Below, piece after piece: positions 12,063 through 25,400 of a stretch of 64,000 nt of DNA. Source of the stretch: Macrostomum hystrix (lineage: Eukaryota > Animalia > Platyhelminthes); assembly GCA_950097015.1 (NCBI GenBank), contig CATNEN010000029.1:8628684-8692683 (forward strand), read 5' to 3'. Below the pieces are notes generated by a model that did not search any database, was not told where the DNA came from, and saw only the letters and a list, made by a program, of their open reading frames with translations. Both the position numbers and the translations under genes were made by a program. Numbering within the stretch: the first letter of the stretch is position 1; each line of letters starts with the position of its first letter.

Positions 12063-12838
12063 TCAAAGGGAAACATTAAACAGTGTCAAAAAATCACCTC
12101 CCCCCGCAACGCAGCGAGGCAGGTAGCGCAGCATATGCCGGAACCAGCCTCCGCACTTAACCGCTGTGATGTCCGCTGTCGCTTCTTCTGCGATCCTGTG
12201 CAGCACGAGGATACGCCACTCGCGTAGTGTGGTCTCTGGAGCCGGGTTGTCCAGTTCCAGCTGCACTTGTGGCTGGGAGAGCTGTCGCTTGATCACCGCC
12301 TTCAGGTACGAGTGCGCGCTCTCTACCAGATTAAGGAACGGCGAGTACGGAGGCAGCACCACGACGCGCCAGTTAGCCGCAAATTGCTCGGGAATCCGCA
12401 CTCCGTTGTTGAATCGAGCGCCATCCATGATGATGCAGAACTGGTCGGCATTGTTGACGTCATCGCGGTTGCTGACTGCTTGGAGCAGCTCTTCAACGAA
12501 TGCCTGGAACAAGTTCGCGGTCAGGGCCTGGCAGACGATCCTGTGGTGGACAAGGCCGAGGTCCGGTGCAATGGCCTGCAGGACCTGCACACCTCGTTGT
12601 GTGTGCAGCACGCGCCGGACTCGCTGACCCCGTTGACTGCGCTCACTATCAGCTCGTACTTCTCGACGCTTATCTTGGCATTTGGCTCTCGTTCCACGGG
12701 CTCGTCAACTTCGTCGATGGAATCAAAGCTGTCCTCACTTTCTTCGTCGAACATAGTGTTAGCTGCTGCGCTCTCTGACTTCTGATGGTAATTCTGTCTA
12801 GTCTGTGTTCTAGGGCAAACATTACCATTAACAACCAA
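12063..12838 (-). pseudogene. Truncated, frameshifted DDE transposase
   Basis: Two overlapping frames; the second holds the D...E catalytic pair (D-x33-E by my count). Confidence 0.8.
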
Positions 12839-12893
12839 ACAGTCGAGAGAGGCTTAAATGCGTGTCCGAAGGATCAAATCGATTGCTCTATGG

Positions 12894-13390
12894 CAGGGGT
12901 CGGCAAACTTATTAGCTAGCGGGCCAAAAAGAGAACCTAAAAGACGACAGCAGGCCGCATTGACGGTAGAAATATAAGATAAATATATCAGAGATAGGGA
13001 AGAGGTGAGACCGAGGAGAGATGAGACAGGGGAGAGATGAGACAGGGGAGAGATGAGACAGGGCGAGACGAGACACGGTAAAGATGACGCACGGGAGAGA
13101 TGACACACGGGAGAGATTAGACACGGGAGAGATGACACACGGGAGAGATGACACACGGGAGAGATTAGACACGGGAGAGATGACACACGGGAGAGATTAG
13201 ACACGGGAGAGATGACACACGGGAGAGATGACACACGGGAGAGATTAGACACGGGAGAGACGAGACACGGGGGAGATGAGACAGGGGAAAGAAGAAACAG
13301 TATACTATAACTGTCGGAAGGGGCAACGGGCTGGATTTGAGAGCTTTGAGGGCCGCATCTGGCCCGCGGGCCGGAGTTTGCCGACCTCTG
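12894..13390. mobile_element. hAT-type MITE nested in the TIR of the Tc1-like element
   Basis: Termini CAGGGGTCGGCAAACT / AGTTTGCCGACCTCTG; perfect 8-bp TSD CTCTATGG at 12886-12893 and 13391-13398; internal GACACACGGGAGAGAT minisatellite. Confidence 0.93.
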
Positions 13391-13796
13391 CTCTATGGTC
13401 ATGCTTTTGGCCATAGACAACTTGAAAATCGGCCTGAAGCGCTTGAATTTTGCCACTGTGAATTAAATCGAATGCTCGAAGGATCAAATTGTCTGCAAAA
13501 AGCTACAATACACACGCTCATCATTCTATGGCATAAGCGAGTCCCAGAATCACACCTCACTTGTGCTTATACTAAAAACACAAAAACTTAGTCTATGGCC
13601 AAAATTAGAATATAACTATGAGCGGTACACAATGTTCGAGCTCGCTTATCCATCGATATACCTTCATGGTAAATTCGAGTTTAGGTCTCGCAATTGCTAG
13701 TTTGTGATTTTCAAATCAGAAGTTTGGAGGTAAGTAGTGACAGAGAACTCAGTTCTTGGTGAGTTAATGCAATTCTGATATACAAAGATGAAGCGA

Positions 13797-14020
13797 GGGT
13801 GTTTAGCCTAGTGGTTAGAGCGTCGGAATCACAACTTGAGTGTCGAGGGTTCGAATCCTGACTTCATTGGGTACAAAGTGTGTCCTTTATCAAGACATTT
13901 AACACTGGACTGCTTCAGTTCAACTGAACTTGCTTGGCGTCCCCCAGTCCATGGACTGAACAGTCGTACGCAGCCTTCAGATGCGGCTGTGCTGTCGGCT
14001 GCACATCTGACCCGATTATG
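13797..14020 (+). mobile_element. tRNA-derived SINE, family A (most complete head)
   Basis: A box TAGCCTAGTGG, B box GGTTCGAATCC, then GTGTCCTTTATCAAGACATTTAAC resembling the CORE/MIR-type domain. Confidence 0.82.
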
Positions 14021-15259
14021 GCAAGGTATAATAATTATATTTTTATTGTTAATATCAAAGATAAGGAAGCTGGATTCATTTTTTTTTCGCGGACGAAAAT
14101 ACATTAGGAATAATGTCAAGCGAAACGTTTCTCCAATGTTAGCCAAATTCATAAGAACCTGCTCTCTTGACTGCTGTGCATTAAGCGCATTAATCTAATA
14201 CTGGGGGAAATGTATCAAATTCACATTTGCCAGCATAGGTCTTAGCGAAAATTCTGGAACCTGTGAATTTCTACTCACACGCCTCAGTACTTGCGCTTGT
14301 CTCTTCCAGAAGTTTCCATCACGCGTACTTTGCTTGCCCCGAATCAAGGCTTGCTCGGTATGATAGTAAAAGTGCACACACACGCACGGACGGTCGCTTC
14401 TCATTGTGACACAGTTACACTCAACATTCAAGAAGAGTTATTTTAAAGTAAAATGTAAAAAAGCATAATAAATAAAAACGCATAAAAATACCCATAAATA
14501 GTGTTTCGGCAAGCGCAATTTTTGTAGGCTCTACCTGCTTAGAAGCTGTCAGACCTTATCGAGCATTGTTTATATTCGAAGATGCAATAAATCAAAAATG
14601 GACAGGAAATGTCACAGAGTAGAGGGAAAAAACAGGAAGAAAGCTGTCCAGTGGACAGATCTAGCAAAGCTACAGGACATTTTAGTCGACAGAACTAAAT
14701 GAAACTAAAAACACTTTACTTACTACTTAATAGTAGATCTACTTAAGGTAAATCTCCCTCGGGGGATAATTTTTCCTGCGGATAAATTTTCGAACAGTAT
14801 TAAGTCCTAGATATTTGAATTAGTAAATTACAAAACTATTGACGCACGTCACACACAGAATCAAGCAATTGTATTGGCACGAGAGGGTAGTTGCAGTTGC
14901 TGCAGCCTTGCAGTAACTCAAAACCGCTTAAAAGCAACCGATGCAAAATAGGAAACAGACACAAAAACACACTCGTATCGTTACTACGTTAGTACTAGTA
15001 ATAATTTTTTGTTCAGTGCAACACTTCTTAAATAAACATAGTGTCTACCTGGAATGGAAAGAAAAAAATTCAGGCCAACAAGTTAAAAACAGTAAAAAGA
15101 TATAAAAATGAAGCCAATTAACTAACAGGATGTGCAATCTGGAGAAGGATGTGTGAACATGGGATTGCAAAGATAATGGGGAAAACGGAAAATGACAGTG
15201 TGAATGAAAAAACAAGATGGTAATAGGGAAATTAGGAAAATAGTGGGAAATAATAATGT

Positions 15260-15975
15260 ATGGGATGGGGAAATCACGCATGGGATGGGGAAATCACGCA
15301 TGGGATGGGTAAATCATGAATAGAATGGGTAAATCATGAATAGAATGGGTAAATCATGAATAGAATGGGTAAATCATGAATAGAATGGGTAAATCATGAA
15401 TAGGATGGGTAAATCATGAATAGGATGGGGAAATCATGAATAGGATGGGGAAATCATGCATGGGATGGGGAAATCATGCATGGGATGGGGAATCATGCAT
15501 GGGATGGGGAAATCATGTATGGGATGGGGAAATCATGTATGGGAAGGGGAAATCATGCATGGGATGGGGAAATCATGTATGGGAAGGGGAAATCATGCAT
15601 GGGATGGGGAAATCATGCATGGGATGGGGAAATCATGCATGGGATGGGGAAATCATGCATGGGATGGGGAAATCACGCATGGGATGTGGAAATCATGCAT
15701 GGGATGGGGAAATCATGTATGGGAAGGGGAAATCATGCATGGGATGGGGAAATCATGTATGGGATGGGGAAATCATGCATGGGATGGGGAAATCATGTAT
15801 GGGAAGGGGAAATCATGCATGGGATGGGGAAATCATGCATGGGATGGGGAAATCATGTATGGGATGGGGAAATCATGCATGGGATGGGGAAATCATGTAT
15901 GGGATGGGGAAATCATGCATGGGATGGGGAAATCACGCCTGGGATGGGGAAATCATGCATGGGATGGGGAAATCA
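15260..15975. repeat. 20-bp minisatellite
   Basis: Unit GGGATGGGGAAATCATGCAT; explains ORFs 15436-16080 and overlapping ones. Confidence 0.96.
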
Positions 15976-16664
15976 CGCCTGGGATGGGGAAATCCGGTAT
16001 GGGAACAAAATATTTGGCATGGGATGGAAAAAATCAGGTATCATCAAATATCTAATAGCCAAATAGGAAATTCTGAATGACTGGAATATGATATTATTAA
16101 CTTATGCCCACAATGCGGAACAGTTGAATCACAAATTAAAACCTGTATTTGAGAGCCTGTTCTTAGCCGGTGACATCAAATCAAATGGAAAGGGATCAGC
16201 ATAGGAGACAGTTTTACGATTGGCAACTAGCGGGCATCAGCACTAGAGCCTGTGAGCCAATATTTGATCGCAATTCAAACTCAAAATTCCTTAAAAATTA
16301 TGCATTGCACGGGAAAAATCGGCAATTTAACCACTGATGTAGCTCCTAATTAATTCAATATTTCAAACATCCTTAGAGTACACACAGCAACTAGATTAAT
16401 TAAGTAACGTGGCGATCTTGAATGCAGCCGGGAAAAGAACGGAAAAATTTAACAGCTAAATAGACGATTGGGAAAAAAGCTGAACAGCCACGCTTCAAAA
16501 ATTAAGTCTGCTTTGCATTCAAAGATGAAAGTTAGCAAGAAAGCTAAAATGTCCCGAAAGCAACAAACTAGGGAATGAAGAGGCCACACATAAAGGAAAT
16601 ATAATTAATTATTGGTCACTTATGAATTATTGGACAATTCTGTATCTTGTGTACTTTTGACGGC

Positions 16665-17370
16665 TACTTTGAGTCACTGTGCTCATTTTTACGATGGCCA
16701 CTTTGAGTCACTGTGCTCATTTTTACGATGGCCACTTTGAGTCACTGTGCTCATTTTTACGATGGCCACTTTGAGTCACTGTGCTCATTTTTACGATGGC
16801 CACTTTGAGTCACTGTGCTCATTTTTACGATGGCCACTTTGAGTCACTGTGCTCATTTTTACGATGGCCACTCTGAGTCACTGTGCTCATTTTTACGATG
16901 GCCACTTTGAGTCACTGTGCTCATTTTTACGATGGCCACTTTGAGTCACTGTGCTCATTTTTACGATGGCCACTTTGAGTCACTGTGCTCATTTTTACGA
17001 TGGCCACTTTGAGTCACTGTGCTCATTTTTACGATGGCCACTTTGAGTCACTGTGCTCATTTTTACGATGGCCACTTTGAGTCACTGTGCTCATTTTTAC
17101 GATGGCCACTTTGAGTCACTGTGCTCATTTTTACGATGGCCACTTTGAGTCACTGTGCTCATTTTTACGATGGCCACTTTGAGTCACTGTGCTCATTTTT
17201 ACGATGGCCACTTTGAGTCACTGTGCTCATTTTTACGATGGCCACTTTGAGTCACTGTGCTCATTTTTACGATGGCCACTTTGAGTCACTGTGCTCATTT
17301 TTACGATGGCCACTTTGAGTCACTGTGCTCATTTTTACGATGGCCACTTTGAGTCACTGTGCTCATTTTT
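16665..17370. repeat. 34-bp minisatellite, ~21 copies
   Basis: Unit GCTCATTTTTACGATGGCCACTTTGAGTCACTGT. Confidence 0.97.
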
Positions 17371-17644
17371 ATGATGACTATTTTGAGTCAGTATGCTTTT
17401 TTATGATGGGCGTTTTGAGTCACTGTGCTTTTTTGGATGACTATTTTGAGTGACTTAGCTCATTTAGATAATAATGGCATTTTGAGACCCTGCGCCTCAT
17501 CTCAACGTCGGCACTGACAGAACACTCGAGGCAAATAAAAAAAATTTCATCCAAAAGAGGCAGCAGAACAGTGAAAACTTACAGAAACACTTTTAAAGCA
17601 CACAGTTAAACAATTAAGTAGGACTTTAACTCATGTAGCTGATT

Positions 17645-20600
17645 CTAAGAACCCTTTGATCGTTTAGTGTTAGGCCAGGGGCCTCTAACGCAGGTATCTT
17701 TGCGCCACCACTGTTCAATATCGCCATAGTTATAACTAGTTAGATCAGCCTCGTGCGCCATCATGCATAGCCGGCACCAGAAGAACGCATTGGTGTCAAC
17801 CAGACCCGTGCCCTTCCACTGGAAGTAGGCATTGTAGCGCCTATCGTCCTTATCTAATTCGTTCAGATACTCGGCCAGATGCTTGGGACTAGTGAAATTG
17901 TCCACATGTAGAAAACTGTCTAATGGCGCCACGTCTATGTAGTCCTGCATGCGGGCGCCCATCACAATGGGCAGGATGTCATGGCTAAGGCGATGTAGGG
18001 TGGGTTGTACAGATTTAGAAATAGAAGCCACGTCCTTCAGTAGGCTTTCTAAAACATCCTTGAACTAATTGTTATCAGATAAACCAGCCACAACTGACCT
18101 TAAACCATTGAGAAAGAATTTCTCTGTGATGTAGTTCCAACAGTTGGAGTTCTCAAACGCCAGATAGAATTTGTACTCTTTCTCTAGCAGGCGGAAGCAC
18201 TCGCCAGATTTTGATCTGGAGCACTGGTGCGTTCCGCAGCCGCCGTAGATGTCAACCTGATTGGTTGATAAATCACTGCGATATGCACTGCTTTGACTAT
18301 AATCGATAACAGGCTGGGTGAGTAGATGAGGTGCTGGGTGAGTTGATGAGGTGCTGGATAACAGGCTGGGTGAGTTGATGAGGTGCTGGGTGAGTTGATG
18401 AGGTGCTGGGTGAGTTGATGAGGTGCTGGATAACAGGCTGGGTGAGTTGATGAGGTGCTGGGTGAGTTGATGAGGTGCTGGATAACAGGCTGGGTGAGTT
18501 GATGAGGTGCTGGATAACAGGCTGGGTGAGTTGATGAGGTGCTGGATAACAGGCTGGGTGAGTTGATGAGGTGCTGGATAACAGGTTAGGTGAGTTGATG
18601 AGGTGCTGGATAACAGGCTGGGTGAGTTGATGAGGTGCTGGATAACAGGTTGGGTGAGTTGATGAGGTGCTGGATAACAGGTTAGGTGAGTTGATGAGGT
18701 GCTGGATAACAGGCTGGGTGAGTTGATGAGGTGCTGGATAACAGGTTGGGTGAGTTGATGAGGTGCTGGATAACAGATTGTGTGAGTTGATGAGGTGCTG
18801 GATAACAGGTTGGGCGAGTTGATGAGGTGCTGGATAACAGGCTGGGTGAGTTGATGAGGTGCTGGATAACAGGTTGGGTGAGTTGATGAGGGGCTGGATA
18901 ACAGGTTGGGTGAGTTGATGAGGTGCTGGATAACAGGTTGGGTGAGTTGATGAGGTGCTGGATAACAGGCTGGGTGAGTTGATGAGGTGCTGGATAACAG
19001 GCTGGGTGAGTTGATGAGGTGCTGGATAACAGGTTGGGTGAATTGATGAGGTGCTGGATAACAGGTTGGGTGAGTTGATGAGGGGCTGGATAACAGGTTG
19101 GGTGAGTTGATGAGGTGCGAAATGACAGGTTGGTGAGATGAGTCCATACCTGGATGTGAGCTCCCAGCTCCCTGGCGTACTCAAGTCGGTTATTCTGCGC
19201 ACCGCAATTGGACACAAACCAGGCTACTTTCTTAGTCTTACCATCCGCATAGTTCTTAGCCTGCTTCTTGGTTAGAACATTGTGTGTGTAGGGCGTGAAC
19301 TTATAATAAGGCGCCACAATGACGGAGTCGGTGCGATAAGTGGCAGTCCAATTCACTTTGCCGGCAAAGGCTGACAAAGACGGAGTGTGATAGGGCGACT
19401 CGAGAAAATACACGGCCCAAATCTGCTTCGGGGGCCGCTTGTGAAACGGAAAGAACACGGAGTGCTGCCACATGATGACGTCAGCAGTTGGTGCCTGGCT
19501 TCTATCGCCAGTCATGATGCAGTTGCTAACCGGACAATTATCGCGTTGGAATCTCTCCCTGCCGAAGCCCTCTCCGCCGAGGCCATTGTAGAGTAGGATC
19601 ACTTTAGTACTGGACTTTCCTGTGGCCGCGTTCACCGGCACGTAGCGCATCTGGTTCCAGATTCGATCCCTGGCTCGCACCGGGTAGCTGGAGGGCACCT
19701 CGTTGGGGTAGATGGCCAGCATTGTGGTTTCGTTGAACCCGGGAAACACAAAGGTGCCCTGGACGCGGAACAGGTTGTCTAGCAGGCGACCGCCGCCGCG
19801 CACTGTCGAATAGGCCAGCGATGGCGACGATCGCGACGATGACGTTTCGACTTTGCCGGCTCCGGTGGGACCAGCAGAAGGCGCGGCTGCGTGGACAGTT
19901 TCAGCGGGGTGAATTATTAGCGGCATTTGATTAGGGCTTTCAGTGGATGGTGGCATTGAAGGCAGTGGATGGTGGCATTGAAGGCAGTGGATGGTGGCAT
20001 TGAAGGCAGTGGATGGTGGCATTGAAGGCAGTGGATGGTGGCATTGAAGGCAGTGGATGGTGGCATTGAAGGCAGTGGATGGTGGCATTGAAGGCAGTGG
20101 ATGGTGGCATTGAAGGCAGTGGATGGTGGCATTGAAGGCAGTGGATGATGGCATTGAAGGCAGTGGATGGTGGCATTGAAGGCAGTGGATGGTGGCATTG
20201 AAAGCAGTGGATGGTGGCATTGAAGGCAGTGGATGGTGGCATTGAAGGCAGTGGATGGTGGCATTGAAGGCAGTGGATGGTGGCATTGAAGGCAGTGGAT
20301 GGTGGCATTGAAGGCAGTGGATGGTGGCATTGAAGGCAGTGGATGGTGGCATTGAAGGCAGTGGATGGTGGCATTGAAAGCAGTGGATGGTGGCATTGAA
20401 AGCAGTGGATGGTGGCATTGAAGGCAGTGGATGGTGGCATTGAAGGCAGTGGATGGTGGCATTGAAGGCAGTGGATGGTGGCATTGAAGGCAGTGGATGG
20501 TGGCATTGAAGGCAGTGGATGGTGGCATTGAAGGCAGTGGATGGTGGCATTGAAGGCAGTGGATGGTGGCATTGAAGGCAGTGGATGGTGGCATTGAAGG

Positions 20601-21047
20601 CAGTGGATGGTGGCATTGAAGGCAGTGGATGGTGGCATTGAAGGCAGTGGATGGTGGCATTGAAGGCAGTGGATGGTGGCATTGAAGGCAGTGGATGGTG
20701 GCATTGAAGGCAGTGGATGGTGGCATTGAAGGCAGTGGATGGTGGCATTGAAGGCAGTGGATGGTAGCATTAAAGGGATTCAAGGGAGTGTATGGTGGGA
20801 GTGAAGGGAGTGAAGGTCAGGATTTTGAGGAGTGAGTCGGATGGCAGATGTCTAGCCGGACAATCACTGACTCACTGGCCCTCTCGCGCTTCCCCAATGA
20901 TTCCAAGTCTAGCTCGCCGGCCTGCACACGTCGCGGATCAGAGGCCGGCCGTTGCGTAACAAACATCAGGTGGTGCAGGTTGAGCACCACGGCAAAGGTG
21001 ATGGCCACAAACAAAAAGCGGGCATAACTGTCTGCCTGTCTGGTCAT
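17645..21047 (-). CDS. Alpha-1,3-fucosyltransferase (GT10, FucTA/glycoprotein 3-alpha-L-fucosyltransferase-like), 4 exons, ~468 aa
   Basis: Exons 21047-20876, 19886-19150, 18256-18099 and 17984-17645 have GT-AG sites and sum to 1407 nt in frame. N-terminal TM anchor; motifs VAWFVSNC, YKFYLAFENSNCWNYITEKF and PIVMGA. Confidence 0.93.
18305..19140. repeat. 32-bp minisatellite in fucosyltransferase intron 2
   Basis: Unit GATAACAGGCTGGGTGAGTTGATGAGGTGCTG. Confidence 0.96.
19942..20770. repeat. 22-bp minisatellite in fucosyltransferase intron 1
   Basis: Unit AAGGCAGTGGATGGTGGCATTG. Confidence 0.97.
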
Positions 21048-21169
21048 GGCAGGAAGTCGGACTCGAACTCTGGCTCGCTATTAATTCAGCTACCACACTG
21101 CGGACAGGCACTATCTAGGCGCCCGACGGCAACGATAAGCGAGGCTGCAATAAGGATAAAGTCAATTCA

Positions 21170-21640
21170 TCTCATACGCTCATAGCTTTCTGTGTTCTCT
21201 ATCCATCTCATAGCTGTCTGTGATCTCTATCCATCTCATAGCTGTCTGTGACCTCTATCCATCTCATAGCTGTCTGTGTTCTCTATCCATCTCATAGCTG
21301 TCTGTGATCTCTATCCATCTCATAGCTGTCTGTGATCTCTATCCATCTCATAGCTGTCTGTGATCTCTATCCATATCATAGCTGTCTGTGATCTATATCC
21401 ATCTCATAGCTGTCTGTGATCTCTATCCATCTCATAGCTGTCTGTGATCTCTATCCATCTCATAGCTGTCTGTGATCTCTATCCATCTCATAGCTGTCTG
21501 TGATCTCTATCCATCTCATAGCTGTCTGTGATCTCTATCCATCTCATAGCTGTCTGTGATCTCTATCCATCTCATAGCTGTCTGTGATCTCTATCCATCT
21601 CATAGCTGTCTGTGATCTATATGATTCTCTATTCATCTCA
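21170..21640. repeat. 28-bp minisatellite between RP2 and the fucosyltransferase
   Basis: Unit CTCTATCCATCTCATAGCTGTCTGTGAT. Confidence 0.95.
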
Positions 21641-22418
21641 CAGTGTTCAAAATGTTAAGAAATCCTTCTTTGTTCCCTAATTATTACAGTTCTAAATAAA
21701 CTTTTACAGCAAATTTAGTTCCAAATGATGATGAAATAACAAAAAGCTGCAAAAAGTTAACAGTCGAGGCGGTAGAAAAAAAGAGATATAATTTTAGCAA
21801 GACAGACCTACCAGATAGATTCAAAAAGATTTCAAATACAAGTCCTAATAAACAAGACGGAATGTGAAACACCACGGTTATATATATACGTGTGGTAGTA
21901 CCAGCCACTTTTGCATGCAGACACTTACAATGCACAGACTGCATAAAATGTAGCGAAACGTAGGAAAAAACATAAGCATGGGCCTGGACGGACAAAGCGA
22001 AAACGTAAGTGAAAAAGTTTAAACTTGTTTTATTATAAAAAGAACAGAAATTTTGTAGCAGATTCACCAATATAGAGTCACCAAGCTGGTTATTAACAGT
22101 AGAAATACCACGGGGTATTTCAAATAACCACATTTTCATTTCTGTATCTATTAAAATATCGGAAAATGTAGATCTGTATGGTATACATTCAGGAAAATCA
22201 GTCATTCGGTTAGGGAGCTGTCGTGAAGTAGGCAGTGGGTATTTGAACTACCCCATGCGGTCTTTCCATAGAGGGAAAATAGCTTGGTCTTTTCTACTGT
22301 TAAATGTTACTCGAGGAATGAATAAATTTCTGAATTGAATTAAAACATCATTTAAATTATCGATAGAAACGGTTGCTGTTACTTAAAGTAGTAAACTCGT
22401 AGAATGAAAATTGAGACC

Positions 22419-25400
22419 CTACTGCGAGTTCATCTGCATGTCAACAATGCCGCCTAGAATGTCCAGTTGCCGATCGGCCACAGCCGAGTCCGAGCTAACG
22501 TAGAAATCCTCATTGCCCTGTGTTAGCGACTGAAGCGACGGCACCACCTGCGGCCCGTTGAACTCCAGACAGATCACTGGGCCTTGAAGCCGATTGGTTG
22601 AGGCGAGATTTGATTGGTTGACGGGGGATTCCAATTGGTTGAAGGGAGTTTAAGACAGGTCTATGGGGATTCTAATTGGTTGATGGGAGATTCTGATTGG
22701 TTGATGGGAGATCCTGATATTTTGATGGGAGATTCTGATTGGTTTTTTGGGAGATTCTGATTGGTTGATGGGAGATTCTGATATTTTGATGGGAGATTCT
22801 GATTGGTTGATGAGAGAGTCTAATTTGTTCAGGGAAGATTCCAATTGGTTTAGGTGAGATTCTGACTGGTTGATGGGAGATTCTGATTGGTTGAAGGGAG
22901 ATTCTGATTGGTTGATGGGAGAGTCTAATTTGTTCAGGGAAGATTCTGAATTAGTTTAGGTGAGATTCCGATTGGTTGAGGACAGCTTAACATTTATTAA
23001 GGGAGATACATAATGATTGAGAAGGAACTCTCGCCTACAATGGCCAGTATGCAAACTAACTCACCCCTGCTCAGCTGAGCATCGTAATGCGTTGTCTGGA
23101 GCATGCGCCGACCATTTTCAACTGTGAGCCTGAGCTGCCAGGTGCGCACAAGCCGCAATCCGGGCCTATCGGCGGCCTTAGCAATCAGAGCCATAGCCGT
23201 GTCGCAGCCTGAGAACACCAGGGCCAGGCATTTCTCATCGGTAAGGCCAGCCGACCTGGCCCCGAATGTCTGCGGCACCACGCTGTCCCTGGACAGTGTG
23301 CTCACCTTTGAACTGATGAAGCTGTGCAGCTGGTGGCCCTGGGGCACGTCTAGGCTGAAAAAGTCGCTGATTGGCGCGCCCTGGGGTTTTTAGGGAAAAT
23401 AAGGCGAGGGAATACGGTTGCAAACTAGTGGATCAGGAAGGGGTAATAGGCTATGCAAGCTACAGCATAGGAAGGGGTAATTGGCTATGCAAGCTACAGC
23501 ATAGGAAGGGGTAATTGGCTATGCAAGCAACAGCATAGGAATGGGTAATTGGCTATGCAAGCTACAGCATAGGAATTGGTAATTGGCTATGCATGCTACA
23601 GCATAGGAAAGGGTAATTGGCTATGCAAGCTACAGCATAGGAAGGGGGTAATTGGCTATGCAAGCTACAGCATAGGAAGGGGTAATTGGCTATGCAAGCT
23701 ACATCATAGGAAAGGGTAATTGGCTATGCAAGCTACAGCATAGGAAGGGGTAATTGGCTATGCAAGCTACAGCATAGGAAGGGGTAATTGGCTATGCTAT
23801 CTACAGCATAGGAAGGGGTAATTGGCTATGCTATCTACAGCATAGGAAAGGGTAATTGGCTATGCAAGCTACAGCATAGGAAGGGGTAATTGGCTATGCT
23901 ATCTACAGCATAGGAAAGGGTAATTGGCTATGCTATCTACAGCATAGGAAGGGGTAATAGGCTATGAAAGCTACAGCATAGGAAAGGGTAATTGGCTATG
24001 CAAGCAACAGCATAGGAAGGGGTAATAGGCTATGAAAGCTACAGCATAGGAAAGGGTAATTGGCTATGCAAGCTACAGCATAGGAAGGGGTAATAGGCTA
24101 TGCAAGCTACAGCATAGGAAAGGGTAATTGGCTATGCAAGCAACAGCATAGGAAGGGGTAATAGGCTATGCTATCTACAGCATAGGAAGGAACAGTATTA
24201 GTTTATTAAACTCGAAACGTCTATAGGATCGAGCAGCAAAATGGTGAGAATCTAAAGCAACGGAATAATTTCTGGGCCTCAGGTAAATGTAGGTCAGTTA
24301 CTCACATCCGGTACCAGGGTAAAGTTGCTTTCACCAGTGACTGGCGTAAAGTCGTGAATCTCGCTCCAGTGACAGTTGAAGGGGCTGAGACTGCTGCTCT
24401 CAAATTGGCCTATTCGAAGTCGAAAGAGTAATCAATATTCAGCTTTAATAACAGGTTACAATAATTTGGAAACTAGAAGGCAGATCTCACCTAGCAACTC
24501 TGGATAATAGAAGCAGAATGGTCCAAAGCGCATCTTGCTAGAGGCTTCAATGATTGGAAGGGACACGCAGGACAGAAAGCAGTCAAGGCGCTGGCAATCT
24601 CTGGTGCGAAACTGCTGACAGGCTACGATGAATTTGCAGTCTTTGCAGTCGCGAATAAATATGCTTTTAATTAAGAGAGGGATAATTAATTGTTGTTCAT
24701 CAATCTGATGATTTCGAAGGTGCCATTTAGGAATTCGAGGGTATTATTTTCTCACCTGGTCTGAACGGGACCAATAAAGAACACGCAGGACTCACAATCG
24801 TCCACAGTGATGGTATTAATGTGGTCAAATAAATAGATAGACGAATTCTTGCAGTTGGCAATGATGAACTGTTGGCCATTGATTGTACCTGGTAGTCGGC
24901 CAGCCACTTCGCCATCAATATTCTCAATGGTGAAGTCTTTTGGATCAACCTGAGGTCCCTGCTCCCTAAAGTTGGACAAAAGTGCAAAAACATTGGTAAG
25001 CCATTTTGATATTTACAAATATAATTTTTTTAGCCTTTATATAAATGATAAACTCTGGCTTTTAGGAAAAATATAACTGTAGATATACGCTCGTATCAAC
25101 CTTACAAGTTAGTAAAGGTAGAATTTTTTTCATTTTTCAAAATTTGCATAATTAGATATACCTAGAGCAAAATTTATTTTTTTATCTGCCACTAATGTTA
25201 TAGAATAGGCAATAAAAAACTTGAAAAATGCTATACAAGTCAGTTATGCACCAACTATCATTGATGTCTGCCATATATATTTTTGTAATGTATATGTGAC
25301 ATAGCTAGGCCTAGCAAAAATATTCTATAGACTTATAGCTAATGCATTTACATATCTATTATAGATAGATAGATAAACTCTGATGTTAAAGTTACCTTGT

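Larger units (their letters stand above)
11881..13460 (-). mobile_element. Internally deleted IS630/Tc1-mariner-like DNA transposon with ~100-bp TIRs
   Basis: TIRs start CACAGTGGCAAAAT (11881) and end ATTTTGCCACTGTG (13460), once the nested MITE is removed. Minus-strand ORFs 12521-12838 (N-terminus) and 12063-12611 carry the DDE_3-type IMDGARF...LPPYSPFLNLVE motif. The first catalytic Asp region is absent. Confidence 0.88.

Noticed and set aside
13797-13870. tRNA-like sequence as a real tRNA gene (also 39945-40020)
   Set aside because: No complete acceptor stem, and it continues into a shared SINE body
15436-16080. MGWG-repeat ORFs
   Set aside because: Translation of the 20-bp minisatellite
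18682-20748. 688-aa ORF as a repeat-extended fucosyltransferase
   Set aside because: The true exon 2 (19886-19150) is bounded by good splice sites; the flanking repeat peptides are intronic, and exon 1 read-through stops at 20817
9165-24190. Three 34-bp arrays as CRISPR-like or related repeats
   Set aside because: No unique spacers, no cas genes, eukaryotic context, and the three units are unrelated in sequence
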